This document shows, piece after piece, positions 10,854-20,179 of a stretch of 64,000 nucleotides of DNA; within the stretch, counting starts at the first letter, position 1; each line of letters begins with the position of its first letter. Both the position numbers and the translations under genes were made by a program. The notes under the pieces are model-generated. The model was not told where the DNA came from. It did not search any database and worked only from the letters and a program-made list of their open reading frames with translations. The DNA comes from an uncultured Verrucomicrobiae bacterium. Lineage in GTDB: Bacteria > Verrucomicrobiota > Verrucomicrobiia > Chthoniobacterales > JAFAMB01. The stretch is from positions 64,001 through 128,000 of the forward strand of contig CAWEXO010000008.1 of NCBI GenBank assembly GCA_963813025.1, in the 5' to 3' direction.

Positions 10854-11288
10854 CGCGTAGCCGTGGACGGCCCCGGGACTGTCGGACTCTGGAAATCTGT
10901 AGCACGCGATCAACCGATTGATCGCGCGAGCGCTAGAGATCGTCTCAGAATGCCGCACTGTCCTGCGCCGGTAGGGCGAAAATTCAGAGAGTGTCTCGCA
11001 ACATGGCCTCGGCCCTGGTCCGGTAGGGCGAAAATTTATCCGAGCCTTAGTGAGGACTCGTTTGAGCCGGACATAAGGGGTGTGCCACCCCTCCAAGACG
11101 GCTCAAACAAGTTCTCGCTGGCGCTCGAATAAATTTTCGCCCTACCGGTCGTGGGTCAGCGGATGTTGCGAGACATTCTCTTCATTCGAGCCTTAGCGAG
11201 AACTTGTTTCAGCCGGACGCTTGGGTGAGCCACCCGCTCCAGATGGCTCAAACAAGTTCTCGCCTGGCGCTCGAATAAATTTTCGCCA
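10854..11288. repeat. GTAG-type REP/REPIN cluster A
   Basis: Palindromic units CCGGTAGGGCGAAAATTT..CGAGC..GTTTGAGCC / GGCTCAAAC..GCTCG..AAATTTTCGCCCTACCGG; homologous to clusters at 12962, 18725 and 62105. Confidence 0.9.
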
Positions 11289-11565
11289 TGTTGATTCAGA
11301 GTCATGTAGCGCAGCGGCTTCCCCCAGTGCGTTGCGCGCTCCGCTCCGGAGGAGCAGAAAGAGAATAGGGCCGGTGCTTTAGCGCCGGCATCCTATCACC
11401 GCCGCGGCTCGCGCCCCGTAGGGCCGCTCTGAGTAAGATCGCGGCGAGACGACCCTGCGGCGCACCGGTGCAGCCTCAGGAATACGCCCGAGGCCGTCCG
11501 CGGTACGCGCTCACGCGACCGCGCCTCCCGGTTGACCTGCTCCAGGACTGCACGCAACCTTCAGC

Positions 11566-12213
11566 ATGCGCGCGCTGGCCGATTGTTACCTCTACGGCAT
11601 CGTGGATCTTGGCTATGCGCAGCCTAAGCGGGTCCGCGAGGTCACCGAACAGTTGGTCATCGGCGGGATCGATCTTCTGCAACTTCGGGCAAAAGGTCTC
11701 TCGATAGAACAAGTGGAGGATCTCGGACGGACGATGCTGGAAGTAACTGCGCCGGCCGGCGTTCCTTTGATCCTCAATGACTACCCAGATCTTCTCCGAT
11801 CGGTCGCCGCACAAGGATGCCATGTCGGCCAGGAAGACTACAGCGTCGCCGACGCCCGCGCTTTAGCCGGCCGGCCGTGTGTCGTCGGCAAATCCACCCA
11901 CTCCTTCGAGCAGGCGCTCGCCGCGGAGGCGGAGGGAGCAGACTATCTCGGTTTCGGCCCGATCTTTGCCACCCCGACAAAACCAACGGCCGCGCCGCTC
12001 GGTCCGGAGCGAATCCAGGAGGTAACGAGCGCGGTGAACCTGCCTGTTTTCTGTATCGGCGGAATCAACGCGTCTAACCTCGCCCGGATTAAAGCGGCGG
12101 GCGCGTCAAGAATCTGCGTGGTCTCGGCGTTGCTCCTGGCCGAGGACATCGCGAAACGGACGGCAGTTTTGAAATGTCGTCTGGGCGAAGGCGGTTGCTG
12201 CCCTGAAAATTAG
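11566..12213 (+). CDS. thiE: Thiamine-phosphate synthase
   Basis: LQLRAK, ILND, HVGQED, GKSTH, GPIFATPTK and IGGI motifs. Confidence 0.95.
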   Translation: MRALADCYLYGIVDLGYAQPKRVREVTEQLVIGGIDLLQLRAKGLSIEQVEDLGRTMLEVTAPAGVPLILNDYPDLLRSVAAQGCHVGQEDYSVADARALAGRPCVVGKSTHSFEQALAAEAEGADYLGFGPIFATPTKPTAAPLGPERIQEVTSAVNLPVFCIGGINASNLARIKAAGASRICVVSALLLAEDIAKRTAVLKCRLGEGGCCPEN

Positions 12214-12221
12214 CGCGACAA

Positions 12222-12944
12222 ATGTTTTCAGATGTTTTCCGGACCAGGTTGGGCCTACCTTCCGGAGTGATCTCTCTTGCGTCGTTCAACGAGGAGGGTA
12301 CCTCCGGCAAGCCATCCTTCCCCGAGGAATGCCGCCGGATGGTTCGGAACCAGATCGAGAAGCGCGGCGTCACCGATCCTCGCATCTTACGGGCAATGTG
12401 CGAGATACCGCGGGCAGGCTTTGTTCCCGAAGAACTCCGAGCCGAAGCATATGCCGATCACCCGGTTCCCATCGGATTTGGGCAGACGATTTCGCAGCCC
12501 TATATCGTGGCATATATGCTTGAGGCTTTACGATTAAAGAGTACTGATCGCGTGCTCGAGATTGGCACCGGATGCGGCTATCAAACGGCTCTGCTGGCCA
12601 AATTGGTCCGGTTCGTTTACACAATTGAAATCATCCCGGCGCTCAGTGTGGGCGCGGAATCGGCGCTCGAGCGGCAAGGTTTGCACAATGTGCGCTACCG
12701 GGTCGGAGACGGATCCCTCGGTTGGTCGGAAGAATCGCCGTTCGACGCCATCATCGTTACGGCCGCACCAGCCGAAATACCTCAGCCGCTCATCGAGCAA
12801 CTTGGTGAGGAAGGTCGTCTCATTGTTCCCGTCGGGACCGCCGGGTCGCAACATCTGGTTTTGCTGGAGAGAGATGGCGGAAAACTTCGTTGTCACAATT
12901 TAGTGCCGGTCCGCTTTGTTCCCCTCACGCATTCCGGGCCGTGA
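12222..12944 (+). CDS. pcm: Protein-L-isoaspartate O-methyltransferase (true start may be downstream)
   Basis: AYAD..PIGFGQTISQP, VLEIGTGCGYQ, GDG..GW, PFDAIIVTAA and VRFVPL motifs. Confidence 0.95.
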   Translation: MFSDVFRTRLGLPSGVISLASFNEEGTSGKPSFPEECRRMVRNQIEKRGVTDPRILRAMCEIPRAGFVPEELRAEAYADHPVPIGFGQTISQPYIVAYMLEALRLKSTDRVLEIGTGCGYQTALLAKLVRFVYTIEIIPALSVGAESALERQGLHNVRYRVGDGSLGWSEESPFDAIIVTAAPAEIPQPLIEQLGEEGRLIVPVGTAGSQHLVLLERDGGKLRCHNLVPVRFVPLTHSGP

Positions 12945-12961
12945 AGAGCGTAGCGATGATT

Positions 12962-13236
12962 GGTAGGGCGAGAATTCAGAGACTGTCTCGCAACATCCCG
13001 CTGGTCCGCAACGGGTAGGGCGAAAAATTATCCGAGCTTCAGCGAGGACTCGTTTGAGCCGCCTTGGGCGGGGGCAACTTCGGCGTCGGGCTCAAACAAG
13101 TTTTCGCCCTACGATCTAGGGCGTTGCGAGACATGCTCTTTATTTGAGCCGTCTTGAGCTCGGCCTACCCCCGGGCCCCGGCTCAGACAAGTTCTGCCTA
13201 GCGCTCGAATAAATTTTCGCCTACCGGGCACAGGAC
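12962..13236. repeat. GTAG-type REP/REPIN cluster B
   Basis: Several GTAGGGCGA / TCGCCCTAC units plus TGTCTCGCAAC / GTTGCGAGACA arms. Confidence 0.85.
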
Positions 13237-13372
13237 CGGACAGAAGATGCAAAAACGGTCTTCCACAAATGCCTCATGAGGGCGACGTGACAGAGGACCA
13301 GTTCTAGCTAACTGGGCGAAACCAGCTATCCGCGCACCATTGACGTTGACGGCCGATCGCTGATTCTTGAGT

Positions 13373-15519
13373 ATGGCGGAGACAACGCCGGCTAATCGGC
13401 TCATCCACGAACGATCCCCCTACCTTCTTCAACACGCGCGTAACCCGGTAGACTGGTATCCGTGGGGAGAGGCAGCATTTGCCGCCGCTCGTGAACGTAA
13501 CTGCCCGATCTTTCTCTCAATCGGGTATTCCACTTGCCATTGGTGCCATGTGATGGAACGGGAATCATTCGAGAACCCGGCTTTGGCCAAGCTTCTCAAC
13601 GATCACTTCGTCAGTATTAAGGTTGACCGCGAAGAACGGCCGGATGTGGACCGCGTCTACATGTTGTTTGTGCAAAGCACGACTGGTTCAGGGGGATGGC
13701 CGATGAGCGTTTTTCTCACTCCGGATCGCAAACCCTTCCTCGGTGGCACTTACTATCCTCCGGTCGATAGCCACGGCCGGCCCGGATTCGCGACGCTGCT
13801 CCGCCGCCTGTCCGAAATTTGGGAGAACGATCGGGAGAAAATCCTCGATCAAGCCGAAGATTTTACCAAAGCAATCCAGACACATCTCGAGCAACGTCCG
13901 CAAGCTCGCACCTGGCAGGCCGATTGGCTGGAGAAGGGGTACCGGCAATTCGCCGGCAGTTTCGATCCGGATGAAGGCGGCTTCAGCTCGGCCCCAAAAT
14001 TTCCTCGCCCATCCGTGTTCTCTTTTCTTTTCCGATATTGGCGCCGGACGCGCCGCGGCGCCGCGCTCGACATGGCATTGTTGACTCTTCGAAAAATGGC
14101 GCAGCGGCGGTATTTACGACCATTTAGGGGGAGGTTTTCATCGCTACTCAGTGGACGACCACTGGCATGTGCCACATTTCGAGAAAATGTTGTATGATCA
14201 GGCGCAGCTCGCCCGCGCCTATACGGAGGCTTACCAGATCACCGGCAGCCCGAGTTCCGAGGGTCGCGGGCGGAACGCTCGACTATGTTTTGCGCGATTT
14301 GCGGTCGGTAGAGGGCGGATTTTTCTCGGCGGAAGACGCGGATAGCTTAGTGGATCGGGACACGACAGAGAAACGCGAAGGTGCTTTCTATGTCTGGAGC
14401 AGGGAGGAAGTCGACAAAATCCTGACGGAAGCCGAAGCGCGGGTGTTTCGGCGCACGTATGGCGTGGAAGCCGACGGTAATATCGCTCGTGCCTTCGATC
14501 CGCATGGAGAACTGGCGAGTCAAAATATTCTCGCCGAACAGAATGACGCGGAGACGGTCGGCAAATTGACGAGCAACGATCCGGAAACGGTTGAAAATTT
14601 ATTCGCCGACAGCCGGCGCAAGTTGCGGGAATGGCGGGAAAAGCGCCCTCGACCGCATCGCGACGACAAGATTGTCACGGCTTGGAACGGATTGATGATT
14701 TCCGCGCTCGCTCACGCGTCGCAAGTCTTCAAAAAACCGGCCTACCTGGCCGCCGCGGAACGGGCCGCGGAATTTATCCGGAGCGATTTGTATCCCGGCA
14801 GGCTTCTCCGCAGCTATCGGGAAGGTCCAGGCGCAACTGAGGGGTTCGCCGAGGACTATGCTTGCCTCATCCAGGGCCTCCTCGACCTCTACGAGGCGGG
14901 GTTCCAAATTCAGTGGTTACAGTGGGCAAGCAGGCTGCAGGAGGAAATGGACGCACTGTTTCGCGACCAAGCGGGGGGATATTTCAGCACCAGTCCGAGC
15001 GCTCAGGATATACTCTTTCGCTTGCAAGAGGACCATGACGGCGCTGAACCGTCGGCCAACTCAGTCGCTTGTCATAATCTGGTTCGGCTTGGTCGGATGC
15101 TCAATCGAGCGGACCTGGTCGAGCGAGCAGAACAGATTGCGAGCAGGTTCGGCGAAATCCTGGAACAAAGTCCCGCAGCCCTCCCCTTCCTTCTCGCCGG
15201 GTTGGAAATACTGGCAGCTGAGCCGATCCAAATTGTTCTGGCGGAACGCGAGGGACTGGGCGGCAGCGGCAATGCCTTGCTGGCCGAAGTTTATCGACAT
15301 TTTTTGCCTGAGAAGATCCTCTTGAAGGCCGATAGCAGGCCAGCCCAGCTCTGGTTAGGCGAGCAAGTGCCCGCGATCCGCGAGATGCATCCGGTGGGTG
15401 AGCAACCGGTTGTTTACGTCTGCCACAACTTTACCTGCGATCTGCCGATGGTGGATATCCGTGCGCTGGGGGAAAAGCTGAAAGCGTCGGCCAGTCCGAA
15501 CGGGCACCCTCTTCCTTAA
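13373..15519 (+). CDS. Thioredoxin-domain / six-hairpin glycosidase-like protein (YyaL/SPATA20, DUF255), frameshifts near 14105 and 14255
   Basis: [40 protein letters not shown] and [11 protein letters not shown] motifs. Confidence 0.9.
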
Positions 15520-15578
15520 GAATCGGTCAAAATCAGGGTGGTGACGCGCTTCCCCGCTTTCTGGCATTCTCCGGCATC

Positions 15579-16343
15579 GTGCCTGCACCGAAAGGTCGAC
15601 AAAGAAGACTGAATACTACGCTCGAGCTACCTCGCAAGGCGGCGGAAACCGAGTTAATGATTCCAGTGCGGTGGCTAAAACAGGTCGTCGCGCTTTTTCT
15701 GGTGCCGGTCGCCTTTGTCCTGACCCGGGCATTCTTCAGCACTTTTTCCAGAGTGACCGTGCACGACGGGTTCTGGATATCGGAGGAGTTCTGGTTTTTC
15801 GCCCTTGGAACGATTCTCTGGCTGATCACGTTTTTTGGCCTTTCCCGTCCAGTACGCATGTATGTGTTCGGCCACGAGTTCACTCACGCGCTCGCGGTGT
15901 GGCTCATGGGCGGACGAGTAACGCGCTTCCGGGTCGGCGGACAGGGTGGACACATCGTGACCGATACCAATAATTTCTGGATCGCGCTGGCACCTTATTT
16001 TTTCCCGCTCTACAGCATAGCGGCCGCCCTGATCTATGGAGGGCTTGGCTTGTTTGTCGAGGTGCAGCCGTTCAGCCGATGGTTGTTTGGAACCGTGGGC
16101 TTCACTTGGGCCTTTCACATCACTTTTACGGTCTGGATGCTCTGGAACGGTCAAACCGATCTCGTCGAGCATGGCACCTTTTTCTCGATGATGATCATCT
16201 ACCTCATGAATTTTTTGGTAATCAGTCTCATGCTGATTTTGGCCAGCCGGCAAGTCACTTTCGCGGCATTCGGTCAAGAGCTCTTGCAAGGCGCGATGGA
16301 CGTTTCCGATTGGGTTCTTCACTTACTGAAAGTGAAGATCTAG
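15579..16343 (+). CDS. Membrane protein, M50-like zinc peptidase
   Basis: HEFTH motif within hydrophobic segments; LAPYFFP. Confidence 0.6.
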   Translation: MPAPKGRQRRLNTTLELPRKAAETELMIPVRWLKQVVALFLVPVAFVLTRAFFSTFSRVTVHDGFWISEEFWFFALGTILWLITFFGLSRPVRMYVFGHEFTHALAVWLMGGRVTRFRVGGQGGHIVTDTNNFWIALAPYFFPLYSIAAALIYGGLGLFVEVQPFSRWLFGTVGFTWAFHITFTVWMLWNGQTDLVEHGTFFSMMIIYLMNFLVISLMLILASRQVTFAAFGQELLQGAMDVSDWVLHLLKVKI

Positions 16344-16365
16344 CGTGCCTCGATCGGGAGGAACT

Positions 16366-16490
16366 AAGATCTAGGAGCTAGGATCGAGGAGCGAGGAGCC
16401 TGTAGAGCTGGCAAGAGTCAGGGTCTCGACGAAATCGTCGGAAGCGGGCAGGCCCAATCCTAGATTCTAGCTCCTAGATTCTTAGCTCCT
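16366..16490. repeat. Inverted heptamer repeat arrays (CTAGGAG-like) between convergent genes
   Basis: agatctaggagctaggatcgaggagcgaggag ... cctagattctagctcctagattcttagctcct. Confidence 0.7.
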
Positions 16491-16494
16491 TGTA

Positions 16495-16893
16495 CTACGA
16501 GGCCCAATGCGCCGGCAGTCGCAGCACCTTCAGATCCGGCAACTGCACCACAGCCAACATTTGCCGGCAAGTCACCAGCAGCGTTCCGTCAGGCGGCCGG
16601 GAAACTTCAAAAGAGCACCAGAACCTGGATCGATTGAATTTTTCGAGGCAGCCAACAACTTTCAGATTGTCCCAAAGCCGAGCGGGACGGCGATAATCAA
16701 TCTCGGTTCGGACCACGACGGGGCACTGCGCCTGGTCGAGCATCGAGCCGAGTTTCCAGCCCAGCTTTTCTGCCAACAGCGATCGGTTGACTTCGATAAA
16801 ACGTAAGTAAGCAAGGTTATGGACTACTCCTCCGGCATCGGTATCAAAAAACATCACCCGGACCTCTGTCTCTAGCCTTGGCTCGTTGCTCAC
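16495..16893 (-). CDS. Acyl-CoA thioesterase (YbgC/4HBT hot-dog family)
   Basis: VRVMFFDTDAGGVVHN..YL and IDYRRPA motifs. Confidence 0.85.
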   Translation of the reverse strand: MSNEPRLETEVRVMFFDTDAGGVVHNLAYLRFIEVNRSLLAEKLGWKLGSMLDQAQCPVVVRTEIDYRRPARLWDNLKVVGCLEKFNRSRFWCSFEVSRPPDGTLLVTCRQMLAVVQLPDLKVLRLPAHWAS

Positions 16894-16983
16894 CGATACA
16901 GCTGAGCAGGTCGGGCGATCGCAGTCAATGAAGCGGGTGGGGCGATGGGACCCATCGGGCCTGAGACTCTCGAAGCCGATGGA

Positions 16984-17541
16984 TCAGGCTCGGCCCATGT
17001 ACGCGCCGGTCCGGGTATCGACCCGAATGCTCTCGCCCTCCTTGATAAAAAGCGGTACCTGCACCGTCTTTCCAGTTTCCATTTTGGCCGGTTTTTGCAC
17101 ATTCGTCGCACTGTCTCCCCGCAGACCTTCCGCCGCTTCCGCCACCTTTAGAACAACCGACGAGGGCAGTTCCACTTCCACCGGTTTTCCCTCGGCGTAC
17201 AAGACATCCACCGCGAGGTTCTCGGTCAGATACTGGCTCGAATCACCCAGCAACTCCGATGGCAAAGTCTCGCTATCGTACGTCTCCGGATCCATAAAGA
17301 CATAACCATCCTGATCTTTGTAACTGTACTCCAGCTTGCGCCGGGTAACGTCCACCAGTTCGACCGCTTCAGTCGAACTGAACCGGACATTGCTGGATTT
17401 GCCGCTCCGGATACTCCGAATCGTTGCCTGAACAAAGGCCCGCAGGTTCCCGGGGGTGCGATGTTGGACATCAAGAACAATGGCGACATCTCCGTGGTAC
17501 CGGATTGCCATCCCTTTTCTCAGATCATTTGCCGCAGCCAT
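16984..17541 (-). CDS. efp: Elongation factor P (Arg-type loop)
   Basis: HRTPGNLRAFVQ, RGDSA and VPLFIKEGE.IRVDTRTG.Y motifs. Confidence 0.97.
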   Translation of the reverse strand: MAAANDLRKGMAIRYHGDVAIVLDVQHRTPGNLRAFVQATIRSIRSGKSSNVRFSSTEAVELVDVTRRKLEYSYKDQDGYVFMDPETYDSETLPSELLGDSSQYLTENLAVDVLYAEGKPVEVELPSSVVLKVAEAAEGLRGDSATNVQKPAKMETGKTVQVPLFIKEGESIRVDTRTGAYMGRA

Positions 17542-17546
17542 ATGAG

Positions 17547-18527
17547 TTATAAAAGTTTTAGTTTCGTTAAATCCTGGGAATCGATTATTCCGACCGGCTG
17601 ATGATCGCTATTGATGACTATCAAATCGTCTATCCGATGCTGCTCAAGCACGTTGAGAACTTCAACCGCCAGCCGGTCTCCCTGGATGGTGACCGGGTGG
17701 CGGACCATGTAGCGCTGAACTGGTTGTTTGGCAACCGCGGAATCATGTTCAAAAGCGCGCACAAAGTCGCCGTGCGTAAAAATGCCGGCCAGACGACCCT
17801 CGTCGTCGACAATTACAGCAACGCCCGCGCGTCGCTCGTTCATCGCATGGAGCACGGTCAGGATCTCAACGTCCGGTCCGACCTTAGGCATCCGCGCTTC
17901 TCCCCGCATGACATCAGAAACTTTCTGCAAGAGTACTCGGCCCAGTCGGCCGCCCGGGTGAAACTTTGAAAAATCCTCCTGCCGGAATCCCCGGGCTTCG
18001 AGCAAAACCATGGCCAGCGCATCACCGAGGGCAAGCATGACCGTGCTGCTGGAGGTCGGGGTCAAGTTGAACGGACATGCTTCCTGGTCCACTCGACAGT
18101 CCAGGACGATGTCGCTATGCCGGGCCAAAGTCGACGAGGGATCGCCCGTAAAGCAAATCAGCCGAACGGCAAACCGTTTCAGCGACGGTAACACGTTCAA
18201 CAGTTCGGCGGTTTCTCCGCTATAGCTTAGCGCCAGGACGGCGTCGCCATCGCCCACAATCCCCAGGTCACCGTGCAATGCGTTCAAGGGGTTGAGCACG
18301 ACCGCGGGTGAGCCAGTGCTGGTAAGCGTGGCTGCCACTTTGTCCCCGATCTGGCCAGACTTACCGACACCAATCACGACAATCTTATGACCGGTTTCCA
18401 GTGTAGATTTGAGAAGCTCGACAGCTTCCGAGAATTGACTATTCAGACGGTTGGCCAGGCGCTCCAGCTCATCCCGCTCAATTTGCAGGACTGCTCGGGC
18501 ACGCTCGATATGAACGGAGGCGGACAT
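17547..18527 (-). CDS. kdsD: KpsF/GutQ arabinose-5-phosphate isomerase (SIS + CBS domains)
   Basis: GVGKSG, HGDLG, SYSGET, EACPFNLTPTSS and FHPGG.LG motifs, CBS pair. Confidence 0.93.
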   Translation of the reverse strand: MSASVHIERARAVLQIERDELERLANRLNSQFSEAVELLKSTLETGHKIVVIGVGKSGQIGDKVAATLTSTGSPAVVLNPLNALHGDLGIVGDGDAVLALSYSGETAELLNVLPSLKRFAVRLICFTGDPSSTLARHSDIVLDCRVDQEACPFNLTPTSSSTVMLALGDALAMVLLEARGFRQEDFSKFHPGGRLGRVLLQKVSDVMRGEARMPKVGPDVEILTVLHAMNERRAGVAVIVDDEGRLAGIFTHGDFVRAFEHDSAVAKQPVQRYMVRHPVTIQGDRLAVEVLNVLEQHRIDDLIVINSDHQPVGIIDSQDLTKLKLL

Positions 18528-18724
18528 TGCAGATAGAGTTGGGGAAGTTCGAGGAACTTCTAGGAAGGTCAAGCCTCCCGCGGAAAACTTATTTGAACCG
18601 GAGGTCGTGGAGTGTGCGGCTTCTCACCGCTTTGAGCCGTGCAAAGCGCGGCGTGGACCCGAAAGCAGAGAGCATATTGGAACATTCTTGGGCTCTGTGC
18701 TGGCAGGGCGATCCACCTTGGCGG

Positions 18725-18856
18725 ACGAGCGTCAGCGAGAACTTGTTTGACGTGTCCGCCATAGCTTCGCCGAACGAGGAGCCGTCTTGGAGGTGCGGCA
18801 CATCTCCTCTCCGGCTCAAACGAGTCCTCGCCAAGGCTCGGATAAATTTTCGCCCT
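18725..18856. repeat. REP cluster C, left part (interrupted by IS110; right part at 20180-20213)
   Basis: Matches the reverse complement of 11022-11128 apart from a ~30-nt insert at about 18750-18780. Confidence 0.9.
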
Positions 18857-18869
18857 TGTACCTTGCCCC

Positions 18870-19110
18870 ACCAATTTTTTTTCCCTTTTAAAGCCGCCCG
18901 CAAGGGCGGAACTCTGGAAGTGAAGAACTTGGCCGAGGAGGGTGGAAAACTGCCTCGCCCAGAGGTCGGTAGAACCTGTCCGGTAGATTAGTCCACCCTT
19001 CCTCGTGCCGCACCTGCATAAGACCGTACCGTATCTTAGGCCGTTCCAAACAGGGTTGGAACATAAGCCCGTGTTCACAAGGCTCTGTCAGCAGGCGCGC
19101 GCCCAAGCGC
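18870..19110 (+). ncRNA. Predicted bridge RNA (5' hairpin, target-binding loop, donor-binding loop); ends approximate
   Basis: Hairpin CCGCCC-GCAA-GGGCGG; stem 18934-46/18992-19005 encloses TCGCCC and GTCCGGTAG; stem CCTGC/GCAGG encloses ACCGTATCT and ACAAG. Confidence 0.85.
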
Positions 19111-19151
19111 TTCATCAAACAAAGAACCAATTCAACGCGAATTCCTCTCTG

Positions 19152-20162
19152 ATGAAAAAACGCTACTGCATGGGTATTGATATGGCAAAAGCAAGCTTTG
19201 ACTTTTGCCTGCTCTCCAAGAATGGCACTCGCCTGTGGCGGGGAAAGTTCAGCAATGATGCGACCGGCATTGGAGCATTTTTAGCCCAACTCCAGGCCCG
19301 CTCTTGGCCGCTCTCCCAGATCCACTTCGCCCTGGAAGCCACCGGGGTCTACGGGAAGAGATTGATCGCCGCTCTGCACCAAGCAGGCTTGGCGGTCAGC
19401 GTGCTCAATCCCGCCCAAGTCAAATACTTTGCTTTCTCGGTCCTGCGCCGCACCAAAAATGATCGGGTTGATGCGGCCATCATTGCCCAGTTTTGTCTGG
19501 AGCGAAAACCACTGGCCACTCGGCCGCTGCGCCCCCTTGAGGAAGAATTCAAACTGCTGGTGCGGGAGCGCGAAAGCCGGGTTGGCGAGCTCATCCGGGA
19601 ACAGAACCGGGTGAAAAAAGACCCTTACCAAATTGCGCTGCCCGAGCTTATCAGCCAACAGCGTGGCCAACGACTCGCCCAGCTCAAGAAAGAAATCGCT
19701 CAGCTGGAGTCGGCCATCTTCGGCTTAGTCGCGGCTGATCAGGCTTTAAGCCGCCAAAGCCAACTGCTGTGCTCTATTCCCGGCATTGCCCAGCTCACAG
19801 CCGCCAAGCTGCTGGCCGAGCTGGCCGGTAAAGAGTTCCAATCGGCTCGGCAGTTGGCGGCCTATGCTGGGCTGACTCCTTCTGAATTCCGTTCCGGTGT
19901 CTCGCTCTACGGCAAAACCACCCTGTGCAAAATCGGCAACCCTTTCCTGCGCAAAGCACTCTATTTGCCGGCCGCCGTTGCTCGCCGCTGGTGCAAACCC
20001 ATCCAGCAATGGGCCGCAGGTCTCGAGTCGCGCAAGCTCCACTCCCTGGCTATCCGCGGTGCCGTCATGCGAAAACTCCTGCACATCGCCTTCGGTGTTC
20101 TCGCTCACCAACAACCCTACAACCCTAACCTGGCCCGCCATTCCTTAAAGCAATGCCCTTGA
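19152..20162 (+). CDS. IS110 DEDD recombinase/transposase
   Basis: GIDMAK (D), LEATG (E), KNDRVDA (D,D), SIPGI, AYAGL.P....SG (catalytic Ser domain) and AVMRKL motifs; intact ORF. Confidence 0.96.
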   Translation: MKKRYCMGIDMAKASFDFCLLSKNGTRLWRGKFSNDATGIGAFLAQLQARSWPLSQIHFALEATGVYGKRLIAALHQAGLAVSVLNPAQVKYFAFSVLRRTKNDRVDAAIIAQFCLERKPLATRPLRPLEEEFKLLVRERESRVGELIREQNRVKKDPYQIALPELISQQRGQRLAQLKKEIAQLESAIFGLVAADQALSRQSQLLCSIPGIAQLTAAKLLAELAGKEFQSARQLAAYAGLTPSEFRSGVSLYGKTTLCKIGNPFLRKALYLPAAVARRWCKPIQQWAAGLESRKLHSLAIRGAVMRKLLHIAFGVLAHQQPYNPNLARHSLKQCP

Positions 20163-20164
20163 CA
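20159..20164 (+). promoter_or_regulatory. Outward-facing -35 box TTGACA in the IS110 right end; pairs with -10 TACCTT (18859-18864) on the circle
   Basis: Circle junction reads TTGACA-tccaagaccgtatCTtg (17 nt)-TACCTT. Confidence 0.8.
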
Positions 20165-20179
20165 TCCAAGACCGTATCT

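Larger units (their letters stand above)
18855..20179 (+). mobile_element. IS110-family (IS110 group, IS621-like) element inserted at a CT core in a REP
   Basis: CT core at both ends (18855-56, 20178-79); no TIRs; long left non-coding end; removal restores the REP TTTTCGCC-CT-ACCGG. Confidence 0.93.

Noticed and set aside
11290..11565. TPP riboswitch upstream of thiE
   Set aside because: The conserved CTGAGA and ACCTGA...TAAT...GCG.AGG elements were not found in the right arrangement
10854..13236. Repeat clusters as CRISPR arrays
   Set aside because: Units are palindromic, inverted and irregularly spaced (REP-like); there are no unique equal-length spacers and no cas genes
19005..19151. 49-residue N-terminal extension of the IS110 recombinase
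   Set aside because: It overlaps the donor-binding loop of the predicted bridge RNA; homology to the DEDD domain starts at ATG 19152
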